Assembly (NCBI GenBank): GCA_013178155.1
Contig: JABLXH010000006.1
Span: forward strand, 37,292-101,291
Reading direction: 5' to 3'
Source of the DNA: Armatimonadota bacterium
Lineage (GTDB): Bacteria; Armatimonadota; Zipacnadia; Zipacnadales; UBA11051
DNA: 64,000 nucleotides
Below, in pieces: positions 8,689 through 16,668 of this stretch (the stretch's first letter is position 1; every line of letters begins with the position of its first letter). A program made the translations under genes and the position numbers. The notes beneath the pieces are model-generated. The model made no database searches and had not been told where the DNA came from. It saw only the letters and a list, made by a program, of their open reading frames with translations.

Positions 8689-10008
8689 CATTACTCTCCC
8701 CAAGGCACACGTAGCGTCTAGGCGCTTCAATCTGTAGGCCTGGGCTTGGTACCCCGTCAGTCGCGGTCTGGTGACCGCTCCCACCGAGGCGCGCCCGGGA
8801 CGGTCGCGCTCACGCGGTTTACGCTGCCGGCCCGGGCCGAAGTCCGGCACCTCCAGCAGCACTCCGCCCTGCTTTGCCGACTCATGGGCAATGAGGCCGG
8901 GGATCAGGTAGCGCGCGGCCTGCCAGACATTGCAGGGCGGCTGTTGGCCGGTAACGCACGCCTGAACGAAGTCATCCACCAGGAACTGGTGGGAGCCCAG
9001 ATGGCCGTTGGGCAGGCCAATGAACTCTTTCGGCAGGCGGCCCACATCGTGCACCCGCGAAGCCCCCTCGTGGGTGCCGTCGGCGGAGGTGACCTTGTCC
9101 ATGTCGCCACCCGCGCTGACCGGGATGCCGACGGGAGCCAGCAGTTCGGTCAGGTCCTCGCGCTCGTTCCAGTTCTTGGTCACCCACACCTGACTGCCGG
9201 TCTGCTCCTCGTAGCTGCCCAGCGTGCCATAGAGGCTCATGCCGACCGTCCCAGGGTGACCGATGCGGCGGAATTCGTTGAGGCGGAAGGCGCTGCCGTC
9301 AGACGTGCGGCACAGCGCTGTTTCGTTGCTGAAGACGTTGTCCCAGATGTTGGCTCCGGGAGCGTAGATGCCGTCCTCGTGATGGTCGACGAAGCCGAAA
9401 CAGGCGACATGAGTGGCGTAGGCGCCGGTGACCGAGACAATCAGACTCATGGAGTGGGTCGGGTAGTACATGGGCGGCGAGCCGGCGAAACGCCTCCAGT
9501 CCTCGCCCCCTCGCCATTTCATCACCTCGTAGAGCCCGTGGTCCCAGTCGTGGTAGTACTCTCCCTCGCCGTAGACGATCTCGCCGAAGTCGCCCCGGCG
9601 AAAGCGCTCGCGGCAGTAGATAGCGCAGGGGTAGTAGTAGCTGGTCTCGCCCACCATGTAGATGCGTCCAGTGGCTTCCACGGTCCGCACCAGGGCGGTG
9701 ATCTCCTCCATGCTGATGGCCGAGGGAACGGCAGAGTACACGTGCTTGCCGGCCTGCAGGGCCTGCACCGCCTGCGGGCCATGCAACCAGTTCTGGGAGA
9801 AGATGGCGATAGCGTCCACATCGCGGGTACAGAGGTCATCGAGCGAGGGGGAGGTGGCCCGAATGTCGAACCTCTCGGCCTTGGCGCGTAGCTTGTCAGG
9901 GTCAAGGTCGCAGAGGGTCACCTCGCTTACGAGAGGGTGGGCCCGAAACAGCGGGATGAAGCAGTCGGCGAAAGCGCCGACACCGCAGATGCCTACCTTG
10001 ATGGACAT
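8008..10008 (-). CDS. ORF whose N-terminal ~400 aa is a Gfo/Idh/MocA oxidoreductase and which continues in frame, without a stop, into a zinc-ribbon/TM protein (fusion or lost stop)
   Basis: MSIKVGICGVGAFADCFIPLF... through ...AHESAKQGGVLLEVPDFG is a complete oxidoreductase. It is followed by about 50 aa of Arg-rich linker (GPGRQRKPRERDRPGRASVGAV...) typical of translated GC-rich non-coding DNA, and then by MMETQ..., which has its own RBS. Confidence 0.5.
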   Translation of the reverse strand: MSIKVGICGVGAFADCFIPLFRAHPLVSEVTLCDLDPDKLRAKAERFDIRATSPSLDDLCTRDVDAIAIFSQNWLHGPQAVQALQAGKHVYSAVPSAISMEEITALVRTVEATGRIYMVGETSYYYPCAIYCRERFRRGDFGEIVYGEGEYYHDWDHGLYEVMKWRGGEDWRRFAGSPPMYYPTHSMSLIVSVTGAYATHVACFGFVDHHEDGIYAPGANIWDNVFSNETALCRTSDGSAFRLNEFRRIGHPGTVGMSLYGTLGSYEEQTGSQVWVTKNWNEREDLTELLAPVGIPVSAGGDMDKVTSADGTHEGASRVHDVGRLPKEFIGLPNGHLGSHQFLVDDFVQACVTGQQPPCNVWQAARYLIPGLIAHESAKQGGVLLEVPDFGPGRQRKPRERDRPGRASVGAVTRPRLTGYQAQAYRLKRLDATCALGRVMMETQSQPETGPTTDHDDVDWTCRVCGRQNEAESDRCLRCAVQRRRPEAQTQDSMSALPRTTPEPGPPTETLFGALNNLGKATIGLAKVLLGLLVIWVLWRGCLVVTEVPPERTQTGDVSTALIPAGEVSAPTLDTTNWPDVASLHGSGNQVTTRFSCPMPWRVRWSCQTRDNFVVYLCDSGGEDSRLLVNEIGPGKDTYYPEMAAEDHYLKIEASGPWTVVIERRD

Positions 10009-10120
10009 GGCAGCCTCCCGGATAGCGAGCCCGGAGCTCGCAGGGTAGCGGCGCTAGGTTCGCGACAAGGCCGGGCCGGTCCTGCGTCTGACGGCCCAGT
10101 CACGGCATACGGAGGGCACT

Positions 10121-11488
10121 ATGGCGATCAGCTCGACGGTCACAACGACGGCGGTGCTGCTCCTGGCTACCGGGGCTGTCCTGGCCCAGGACCTGGAGAC
10201 ACTCCTGCGTAACATGCAGGACTTCAACGCCGTGCAGGTTGTCTACCGCGGTGGCGTGCCGCACACCGACAAGAACGGAAACCTGCTGACCCGGTACGAC
10301 CCTCAGCGCTCGTTCTTTCAGATCGGCATCTGGGGCAATCCGTATGGTGAAATCTACGGGACCAACTACGACCTGAAGACCCTGACCGAGGCGGGGTTCA
10401 ACACCATGTGGCCCTGGCCCATCGGTACCTTCGAGCAGCAGCTCGAGGCGGGCAAGGCCGCGGGGCTGCAGGTCGTCTACATGCACGCCCTCGACCCCGC
10501 CGAAGCGGCCCGGCTCAAGGACCATCCCAACTGGCTGGGCAATGTCTGGTGTGACGAGCCCACCGGCGCCTACTGGGGCAAGGACATGGAGGGGAAGTTC
10601 GCGGAGTTTCAGGAGTACAAGGCCAAGATCAATGCCGCCGCCCCGGGGCGAGTGGTCTTCATCAACGACGTGCCCTGGGTGACCGCACCGGCAACCACCT
10701 GGTGGGCCAAGTGGAACACCGCCGGCGATGTGGCCTGCCATGACAACTACCCGGTGATGAACCGGGGTTACCGCTCCCGCAGCCTGGGCGACGAGGGCAG
10801 CAAGTCTGGCATCCCGACCACGACGCTGCTGGCCGCGGCGGTCAACCAGGAGAAAAAGCCCGTCTGGCTCATCGTCGGCGCCTTCACCCAGCGAGGCCAT
10901 GGCGCCTTCCCCTTCCGCTTCCCCACCCCAATGCAACTGCGCGCCCAGGTCTACGCCGGGCTCATCCACGGCGCAACGGGAATCATCTACTTCTGCTGGG
11001 ACACCTACGTCTGCCGCGACGGCGAGGTCATGGGCATGTCGCCCGACCCGAAAGTGGCCTATTCGCCGGGTGGGCCGGGGTTCACCAAGCCGTCCAACGC
11101 CAAGCCACTGGAGCTGGTCGAAAGCCGCGCGCTCTGGGAAGCGGCTCGACAGGTGAATACTGAGATCAAGGAGCTGACGCCCTCTTTGCTCTCGCCGACG
11201 GTGGGCGAGGAGGTGAAGTACTCGCTTAAGACCGAGGGCACGGCGGTCAGTCAGTCGCCCATCCGCTGCCTCCTCAAGCCTCATCCCGAGGGGGGCTATG
11301 TGCTGCTGACCGTGAACGTGGATGACGCGGTGATGAAGGTGACCTACGAGTTCCCGGGCGGGCTGAAGTCGGTGCAGCCGCTGTTTGAGAACCGCGCGGC
11401 CTTCGAGTTGCAGCCCGACCAGAAGACCTTTGAGGACATGTACGATCCCTTCGAGACCCACGTCTACCGTATTCAGCCGCCGGGGTAA
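10121..11488 (+). CDS. secreted hypothetical protein, probable glycoside hydrolase-like
   Basis: RBS GGAGGG 6 nt upstream. Signal peptide MAISSTVTTTAVLLLATGAVLAQ. 455 aa. No family is recognised with confidence. Confidence 0.45.
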   Translation: MAISSTVTTTAVLLLATGAVLAQDLETLLRNMQDFNAVQVVYRGGVPHTDKNGNLLTRYDPQRSFFQIGIWGNPYGEIYGTNYDLKTLTEAGFNTMWPWPIGTFEQQLEAGKAAGLQVVYMHALDPAEAARLKDHPNWLGNVWCDEPTGAYWGKDMEGKFAEFQEYKAKINAAAPGRVVFINDVPWVTAPATTWWAKWNTAGDVACHDNYPVMNRGYRSRSLGDEGSKSGIPTTTLLAAAVNQEKKPVWLIVGAFTQRGHGAFPFRFPTPMQLRAQVYAGLIHGATGIIYFCWDTYVCRDGEVMGMSPDPKVAYSPGGPGFTKPSNAKPLELVESRALWEAARQVNTEIKELTPSLLSPTVGEEVKYSLKTEGTAVSQSPIRCLLKPHPEGGYVLLTVNVDDAVMKVTYEFPGGLKSVQPLFENRAAFELQPDQKTFEDMYDPFETHVYRIQPPG

Positions 11489-11503
11489 GGGGGCATTGCT
11501 CGC

Positions 11504-13186
11504 ATGGATCACCGGCTGCTTGTTGCAGCTCTGGGGGCGCTGCTTATGTCGGCACCGGGACATGCCGTGACGACCCTTGCCTTGCGGCCGGGCATGCCGG
11601 AACTGTCTGGCGGCGACGTACCGGCGCTCTGGGCAGAAGTCCCCGACGCCGACCTGGTCGCAAGAGACCTGACCGTCACTCCAGCGGTGCCCTATCGCTG
11701 GGTCTTCGCGCCAGGCGAGACGATCGCCCTGACAGCGTCAGCGCAGACCGCGGGTCGAGTCGCGCTGACGATCTGGGACTGGGAGCGCCGCCCGGTCGCC
11801 CGCCAGGAGTTTGCCGCGCCTTTCACGGAAGAGCTACACTTCGAGGTGACAGGACGGGGCACGTACCTGCTGACGCTGGACCGGTTCGCCGGTGAGGAGT
11901 GTCAGGCGCGGCTGGCGCGCAGCTTCGCTGTCTGCCCGCCTAACGAGGACCGGCGTGATCTCTGGCGGCAATCGGCTTTTCAGCCGGGCTGTTGCAGCTT
12001 CCCCGGTCGCCAGCACTGGACCAACGCCTTCGGCCCGGCTCACCCCTCCGGGATCACTGAGCAGCAGGCCGCCGAGCTGGATGCCGAGCTATCCGCTCGC
12101 CTCGGGCTGGTGCTGGTGCGCCCTGACCTGCCCGTCACCTGGACCGCGCCCGACCAGCCGCTGGACTTCAGCCGCGCCGACTGGGCCGTGCGCGCCTTCA
12201 CCTCGCGCGGGTTCAAGCTGGCCCTGCAGGTGGGCTTCCCCGGCGAAGCCGACTGGGCGCTCATGCCCCAGTATCAGGGCGTGAACGACCCCAAGTGGCG
12301 TTACCCTCGGCGGGAGGAGGTGGTGCGGCGCTTCACGCGCGAGGTCGTGGAGCGCTACGCCGCCGACACTGCCTTTGTCGAGGTCTACAACGAACCAGAC
12401 AATGCCGACTTCTGGCGGGGGACAGTGGACGAGTTCGTAGCCACACACCACTGGATCGCCGAGGAAGTGCAGCAAGTCGCACCGGGGCTGCCGGTGCTCA
12501 GCGGCGGCCTCTGTCTGATGGACCCGGAGCGCACCGGTCTCATCGCCCGGGGCATCGCTGATGCCGTGGACGGCGTGGGCTATCACTCCCACGGTGGTGT
12601 GGACGTCCTGCAGGCAACGCTGACGGCCATGCGCGCCACCCATGCGGCCGCAGGCTATGAGCGGCCGGTCTTCTACAACACCGAGATGGGCTTTGCCAAC
12701 TGGCGGCTGGACATGGAGCGGGCGGCAGCGGCGACGGCGGTGCAGAAGCTGCTTTACTGCTGGGCCCACGGTAACCGCGCGGGGCTGCTGTACTGCAGCC
12801 GCGACATCGGCGGCCCGCGCACGAGCGCGAAGGACTGGGGCTACCTGGACCACTTCATGTGTCCGCGCTTCACCTATGGCGCCGTGGCCGCGTTCGTGGA
12901 CGCCTATGCCGGAGCGACGTTTGAGCGGACGCTCACCGAGGCCAATGGGCTGTACGCCTATGTCCTACGGCGGGGCGACGCGTGGCTGGTTCCGGTCTTC
13001 GTGGGGAGTGACTACCCGCGCTCGGTAGCCATCGAGACGGATGCCCTGGCGGCGTCGTTGCTGGACCCCATGGGCAATGCCGTGCCGGTGGCCTTGGTAG
13101 AGGGGCGGCTGACGGTCACCGCCGGCTACTACCCGACGACGCTGATCCTGGAAGGCTCGGCGACTGTTCGCCTCAGCGACGGCTAG
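11504..13186 (+). CDS. secreted clan GH-A glycoside hydrolase (GH5/GH39-like)
   Basis: Signal peptide present. Catalytic acid/base motif VEVYNEPDN (NEP). Putative nucleophile NTEMG lies about 100 aa downstream. This is the canonical clan GH-A spacing. Confidence 0.55.
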   Translation: MDHRLLVAALGALLMSAPGHAVTTLALRPGMPELSGGDVPALWAEVPDADLVARDLTVTPAVPYRWVFAPGETIALTASAQTAGRVALTIWDWERRPVARQEFAAPFTEELHFEVTGRGTYLLTLDRFAGEECQARLARSFAVCPPNEDRRDLWRQSAFQPGCCSFPGRQHWTNAFGPAHPSGITEQQAAELDAELSARLGLVLVRPDLPVTWTAPDQPLDFSRADWAVRAFTSRGFKLALQVGFPGEADWALMPQYQGVNDPKWRYPRREEVVRRFTREVVERYAADTAFVEVYNEPDNADFWRGTVDEFVATHHWIAEEVQQVAPGLPVLSGGLCLMDPERTGLIARGIADAVDGVGYHSHGGVDVLQATLTAMRATHAAAGYERPVFYNTEMGFANWRLDMERAAAATAVQKLLYCWAHGNRAGLLYCSRDIGGPRTSAKDWGYLDHFMCPRFTYGAVAAFVDAYAGATFERTLTEANGLYAYVLRRGDAWLVPVFVGSDYPRSVAIETDALAASLLDPMGNAVPVALVEGRLTVTAGYYPTTLILEGSATVRLSDG

Positions 13187-13302
13187 CACGCCAGCGTGGC
13201 TGGCCGTGGCACCCCTTACAGTTCAAACTGTGCAGGTCGCCGGGGCGTCGGTGGCGAAATCTTTGCCTGTTGTGCCATTGCTACCGGAGCTGGAGTCCCC
13301 CC

Positions 13303-13581
13303 ATGGCCATTCGCTCGCGCATATTGACGAGGATTGACTTGCCAAAAGAAGTCCGGGTGGAGATCGAGGACACCATCCGCGGAACCAAGGTCATCCGCAA
13401 GGTGGACTTCGAGAAGTGCCTCAACGAGCTGGCCGCTCTGGGTACGGTGGACCTGCATGAGACAGACCCGGCGGAGCTCATCGCCCTGGCCTCGGCCCTG
13501 GCCAAACACCGCGCCGTCGATCAGTACCTGCTCAGTATCGGCGTGGACCCCCACGAGCACCTGAAGGAAAGCGAGCAGTAG
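13303..13581 (+). CDS. small hypothetical protein (92 aa)
   Basis: ATG at 13303 with GGAG 7-10 nt upstream. The product MAIRSRILTRIDLPKEVRVEIEDTIRGTKVIRKVDFEKCLNELAALG... is more protein-like than the overlapping antisense ORF. Local GC is lower. A 14-bp palindrome lies upstream. Confidence 0.35.
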   Translation: MAIRSRILTRIDLPKEVRVEIEDTIRGTKVIRKVDFEKCLNELAALGTVDLHETDPAELIALASALAKHRAVDQYLLSIGVDPHEHLKESEQ

Positions 13582-13588
13582 CTCTGCC

Positions 13589-14467
13589 TCAAGCGCGATG
13601 CCGCGGTACGCGCCAGTTGGCGTACCAGCGGCTGTCCTCCGGCGGTGGTTCCTGCCCGGCTCCCAGGTCCTGCATAGCGCTCATCTCTGGCAGCCGCGGC
13701 TTGATCTCGGTCTCCCAGATGTCCTCCACGTCGTCGAAGGTCACCAGGCGCCAGACGGGCGCGGCCTCATTGTAGGCCGCCAGCAGCCGCCGGGCCGTCT
13801 GCCCCAGGCCGGCAGCCACTACCGCGATCTTCTCCTCCCCAGCCTGGCGGCTGGCCTCTCGGGCATCCGCGCCCAGGCCGAAGTTCGGTGGCGGCGGCAG
13901 CGGGTCGGGGAGGCGCGACATGTCCACGCACTCGGGGAAGGCCGCCCAGAGCATGGCCGTCTCCGCCGCGCCCCCGTGACCGCTGTTCCCGTAAACGCCG
14001 AACACGCCGCAGAGCAGAATCTCCAGGCGGGCAGCGAAGTGCGGTTGCAGGATGTCGCGGAGTACCGGGAAGTCCGGCGAGTGCGGTCCGGCGTGGCCAC
14101 TGACCGCGATGACCGCATGGAAGCCCAGGGCGTCGGCCGCCCGGATGTGGTAACAAAGGCTTTTGTAGAACATCCACGGCGGGTACGCCGTCAGCCACGG
14201 CCGGTACTGGCCCACGGCCTGATGCGCCCAGACCGCCGAGGCACCCGCTTCGTGGCAGTGCCAAAAGAACGGCGGAGCCACGATGCCACCGTGTTGCTCC
14301 GCCGCCGCAATGCAGTACGCCCACGGCCGCAGCCCGTCCATCCCCAGGGCATTGTGCGGGCCATGAGGCTCGCACAGGCCGTAGGGCATGTAGAGAACCG
14401 GGCAGGCGGCCATGGCGGCCTCTAACTCGTCCGGGAACATTCTCTCCCAACGGACTTCACGCCGCAT
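13589..14467 (-). CDS. creatininase-family amidohydrolase
   Basis: MPYGLCEPHGPHNALGMD resembles the creatininase-family metal-binding motif (LP.G..E.HG.H.PLG.D). Confidence 0.5.
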   Translation of the reverse strand: MRREVRWERMFPDELEAAMAACPVLYMPYGLCEPHGPHNALGMDGLRPWAYCIAAAEQHGGIVAPPFFWHCHEAGASAVWAHQAVGQYRPWLTAYPPWMFYKSLCYHIRAADALGFHAVIAVSGHAGPHSPDFPVLRDILQPHFAARLEILLCGVFGVYGNSGHGGAAETAMLWAAFPECVDMSRLPDPLPPPPNFGLGADAREASRQAGEEKIAVVAAGLGQTARRLLAAYNEAAPVWRLVTFDDVEDIWETEIKPRLPEMSAMQDLGAGQEPPPEDSRWYANWRVPRHRA

Positions 14468-14495
14468 GGGTCACCCTGCCCTTCCTGGTCGTTGT

Positions 14496-14945
14496 CTAGC
14501 TGCGCTGCACGTAATTCAGCCGGAGTGTCGCCAGAACCTGTTCCACCTCACGCTTCTCATCGGGCAGCAAGTTGTCCGCCAGCGCATCCTTCAGATAGGC
14601 CAGCGTGTCAATGGCCAGCTTGGCCTGCTTCAGGTCGGTCCGTGTCTCCTTGGCGCCGGGGGCCAGGCGCACCCCCAGTTGCACCCAGGCCTGTTCGATC
14701 AGCATGCTCACAAACAGCCGGAGCACACCATACGTGTCAACCTCGGGCATGGCCTCACCGGCAGGAGCGGTCTCCGTCGGTTCAGCAGCGGGTTCCGCCG
14801 CGGGAGCCTTCGTGTCGCCCTCCCCTGCAGTGGCCTGCGCCTCCCCTTTTTCATCCTCGTGTAGCCAGTCGCGCTGGTCTACCTTGTGGTAGCTTTCCCT
14901 GATCTCATCGTCTTCGCGACGCACGTCATCGGGCATGACGATCAC
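14496..14945 (-). CDS. DUF1844 domain protein
   Basis: The C-terminal half (VDTYGVLRLFVSMLIEQAWVQLGV...LAIDTLAYLKDALADNLLPDEKREVEQVLATLRLNYVQ) resembles the DUF1844 consensus, preceded by an acidic N-terminal tail. Its start codon overlaps the rtcA stop (ATGA). Confidence 0.45.
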   Translation of the reverse strand: MIVMPDDVRREDDEIRESYHKVDQRDWLHEDEKGEAQATAGEGDTKAPAAEPAAEPTETAPAGEAMPEVDTYGVLRLFVSMLIEQAWVQLGVRLAPGAKETRTDLKQAKLAIDTLAYLKDALADNLLPDEKREVEQVLATLRLNYVQRS

Positions 14946-16018
14946 CTCAAGGGCGGGGGCAGTCCGATCCCCTTGAGAGAGACGCGGACGCCCTCCGCAG
15001 TGGTTGCGATTTCAGTCTCGACGCCCAGGATCTGGGCAACTACGAGGGCGTTTGTTCTCAGGTGTCCGGTCGCCTCGGTGGTGACGAAGGTGGTTGTGCC
15101 GTCAGCAAGCGCGGCGTAGAGCAACAACTGGTCAGCCAGACGGTGATCCACCGTGGCGGCGGTGCTGAGGAATTCACGCAGGCGCGCACCGGCCTCGGCA
15201 CCCACTCGCTCGGCTGGCATGCCGGTGCGTCCCAGCTCCGACGCTCCACCAGCACCACGCTCAAACCGCGCCATCGCCAGGCATGTGGTCCCCGGGCTCG
15301 TCGATTCCAGGTGCGCCTCATAGCACGTGTGCTCCTGGTTCGACCAGGGGCCCAGCGCCTGCCGTACACCCTCGCACTGCCGGCCAACGATGTGCGCGGG
15401 CAGGCTGCGGGCGCAGAGGCTGTAGGTAGCCAGTTCGGTGATGCCGCCCCGCGTGGTCAAATCCAGAGGCTGCAGGGGCCGGGACAGCGGGGTCACGCGC
15501 GCGACCATCTCGCCCTGGCCACGGGGATACCAGCCGGGTCGCAGTCGCGTCAGCTCAAAGTCCGCGCCCATTGCCTGTACCTGGGGCGCAAAGACCGCCG
15601 CGAGGTAGGCAAAGACTGGGCTCCAGGGCACCTCGGTGCCGCCGCGCAGTAGTACCACACTTGCCTGGGGCGAAAACAGCAACGTCGGCAGCACCGCCTG
15701 GCAGATGAGGGTTGTCGAGCCGGCGCTGGGCGATTCCGCCGAGACGTCGAAGGAAAACTCGCCCCCGGTCAGAGTCTGCGGGTGAAGCTCGATCTCTCCG
15801 GAGTGTAGCTCTGCACCGCGCAGCTCGCCGTTGCAGACCGCGGCCACGGCTTTGCAGGCCACCACATGCTGCGCCGCCAGGCCGGGGCTACGACGGCCGG
15901 CGCGGATGTTGGTAACCCGGACCGCCTGGCCAGTGACCGCCGCCAGAGCCAGGCTGGTACGCAGAATCTGGCCGCCACCCTCGCCTTGTGCGCCGTCAAC
16001 GACCAGCAGCTCAGACAT
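14942..16018 (-). CDS. rtcA: RNA 3'-terminal phosphate cyclase
   Basis: MSELLVVDGAQGEGGGQILRTSLALAAVTGQAVRVTNIRAGR is the RtcA N-terminal signature. The track ORF is trimmed from 16186 to the Met at codon 57. 359 aa. Confidence 0.75.
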   Translation of the reverse strand: MSELLVVDGAQGEGGGQILRTSLALAAVTGQAVRVTNIRAGRRSPGLAAQHVVACKAVAAVCNGELRGAELHSGEIELHPQTLTGGEFSFDVSAESPSAGSTTLICQAVLPTLLFSPQASVVLLRGGTEVPWSPVFAYLAAVFAPQVQAMGADFELTRLRPGWYPRGQGEMVARVTPLSRPLQPLDLTTRGGITELATYSLCARSLPAHIVGRQCEGVRQALGPWSNQEHTCYEAHLESTSPGTTCLAMARFERGAGGASELGRTGMPAERVGAEAGARLREFLSTAATVDHRLADQLLLYAALADGTTTFVTTEATGHLRTNALVVAQILGVETEIATTAEGVRVSLKGIGLPPPLR

Positions 16019-16206
16019 TGGCCTCACCGAACGGCAGTATACCAGCCTCCCGCGCAGCCGGTCAACGGAACGCTCTTTCCGGTGTGGACGGCCCCGTGCG
16101 GGCAGAATACGGTGTGCCCGGCCCTGTGCCTTGCACAGCCCCTTGCCTCTTTGCGGCCCTGCGGTGCATACTGAGATTGTGCGCATACTCTCGGCGGAAG
16201 CAAGCC

Positions 16207-16668
16207 ATGACCTTGACCATCGAGACTAGGTCGCCGGAGGCGACACGAGCGATCGCCCGACATCTGGCGCAAGTGCTCAGACCGGGCGATGTCCTGGCTT
16301 TGACGGGCGCCCTCGGGGCGGGCAAGACCTGCTTCGTGCAGGGGCTGGCCGAGGGTCTTGGGGTCACCGGACGAGTCGCCAGCCCTACCTTCATCCTCAT
16401 GCGCGCCCACCGCGGGCCGCTACCGCTCTACCACGCCGATGCGTATCGTCTGGAGTCCGGTACCGACTTGCTTGATATTGGGCTCGAGGAGTGGTTAGCT
16501 ACGGGCGTCGTCGCCCTGGAGTGGGCCGACCTGGCGCCGGAAGTGTTGCCACGTGATCACCTCGCCCTGCGCATCGAAGTCAATGGTGAAGGCCGGCAAC
16601 TGCACTTCAGCGGCCATGGCCCACGTTCGCGAACCCTGGTGGAGCACCTACGCGCATGCGCCTCCTAG
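16207..16668 (+). CDS. tsaE: tRNA threonylcarbamoyladenosine biosynthesis ATPase TsaE
   Basis: Walker A GALGAGKT is present. ASPTFILMRAH and YHADAYRL are typical of YjeE/TsaE. The start is trimmed to Met74 of the track ORF. Confidence 0.75.
   Translation: MTLTIETRSPEATRAIARHLAQVLRPGDVLALTGALGAGKTCFVQGLAEGLGVTGRVASPTFILMRAHRGPLPLYHADAYRLESGTDLLDIGLEEWLATGVVALEWADLAPEVLPRDHLALRIEVNGEGRQLHFSGHGPRSRTLVEHLRACAS

Noticed and set aside
10100-11563. Long antisense ORFs opposite the real genes. Examples: 10100..11563-, 21956..23146-, 25563..28103+ (846 aa), 47782..49701+ (639 aa), 55669..57993- (774 aa), 8746..9891+, 3441..4709+, 16665..18164-, 29476..30735+, 31794..33218+.
   Set aside because: Their translations are Arg/Gly/Pro/Ala-rich and low-complexity, and they lack motifs. 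Each is mirrored by a motif-rich ORF on the other strand. High GC suppresses stop codons in antisense frames.
13216-13560. Minus-strand ORF overlapping the small plus-strand gene.
   Set aside because: The minus translation is Gly/Arg-rich with no structure-like periodicity. The plus-strand ORF has an RBS and a balanced composition.
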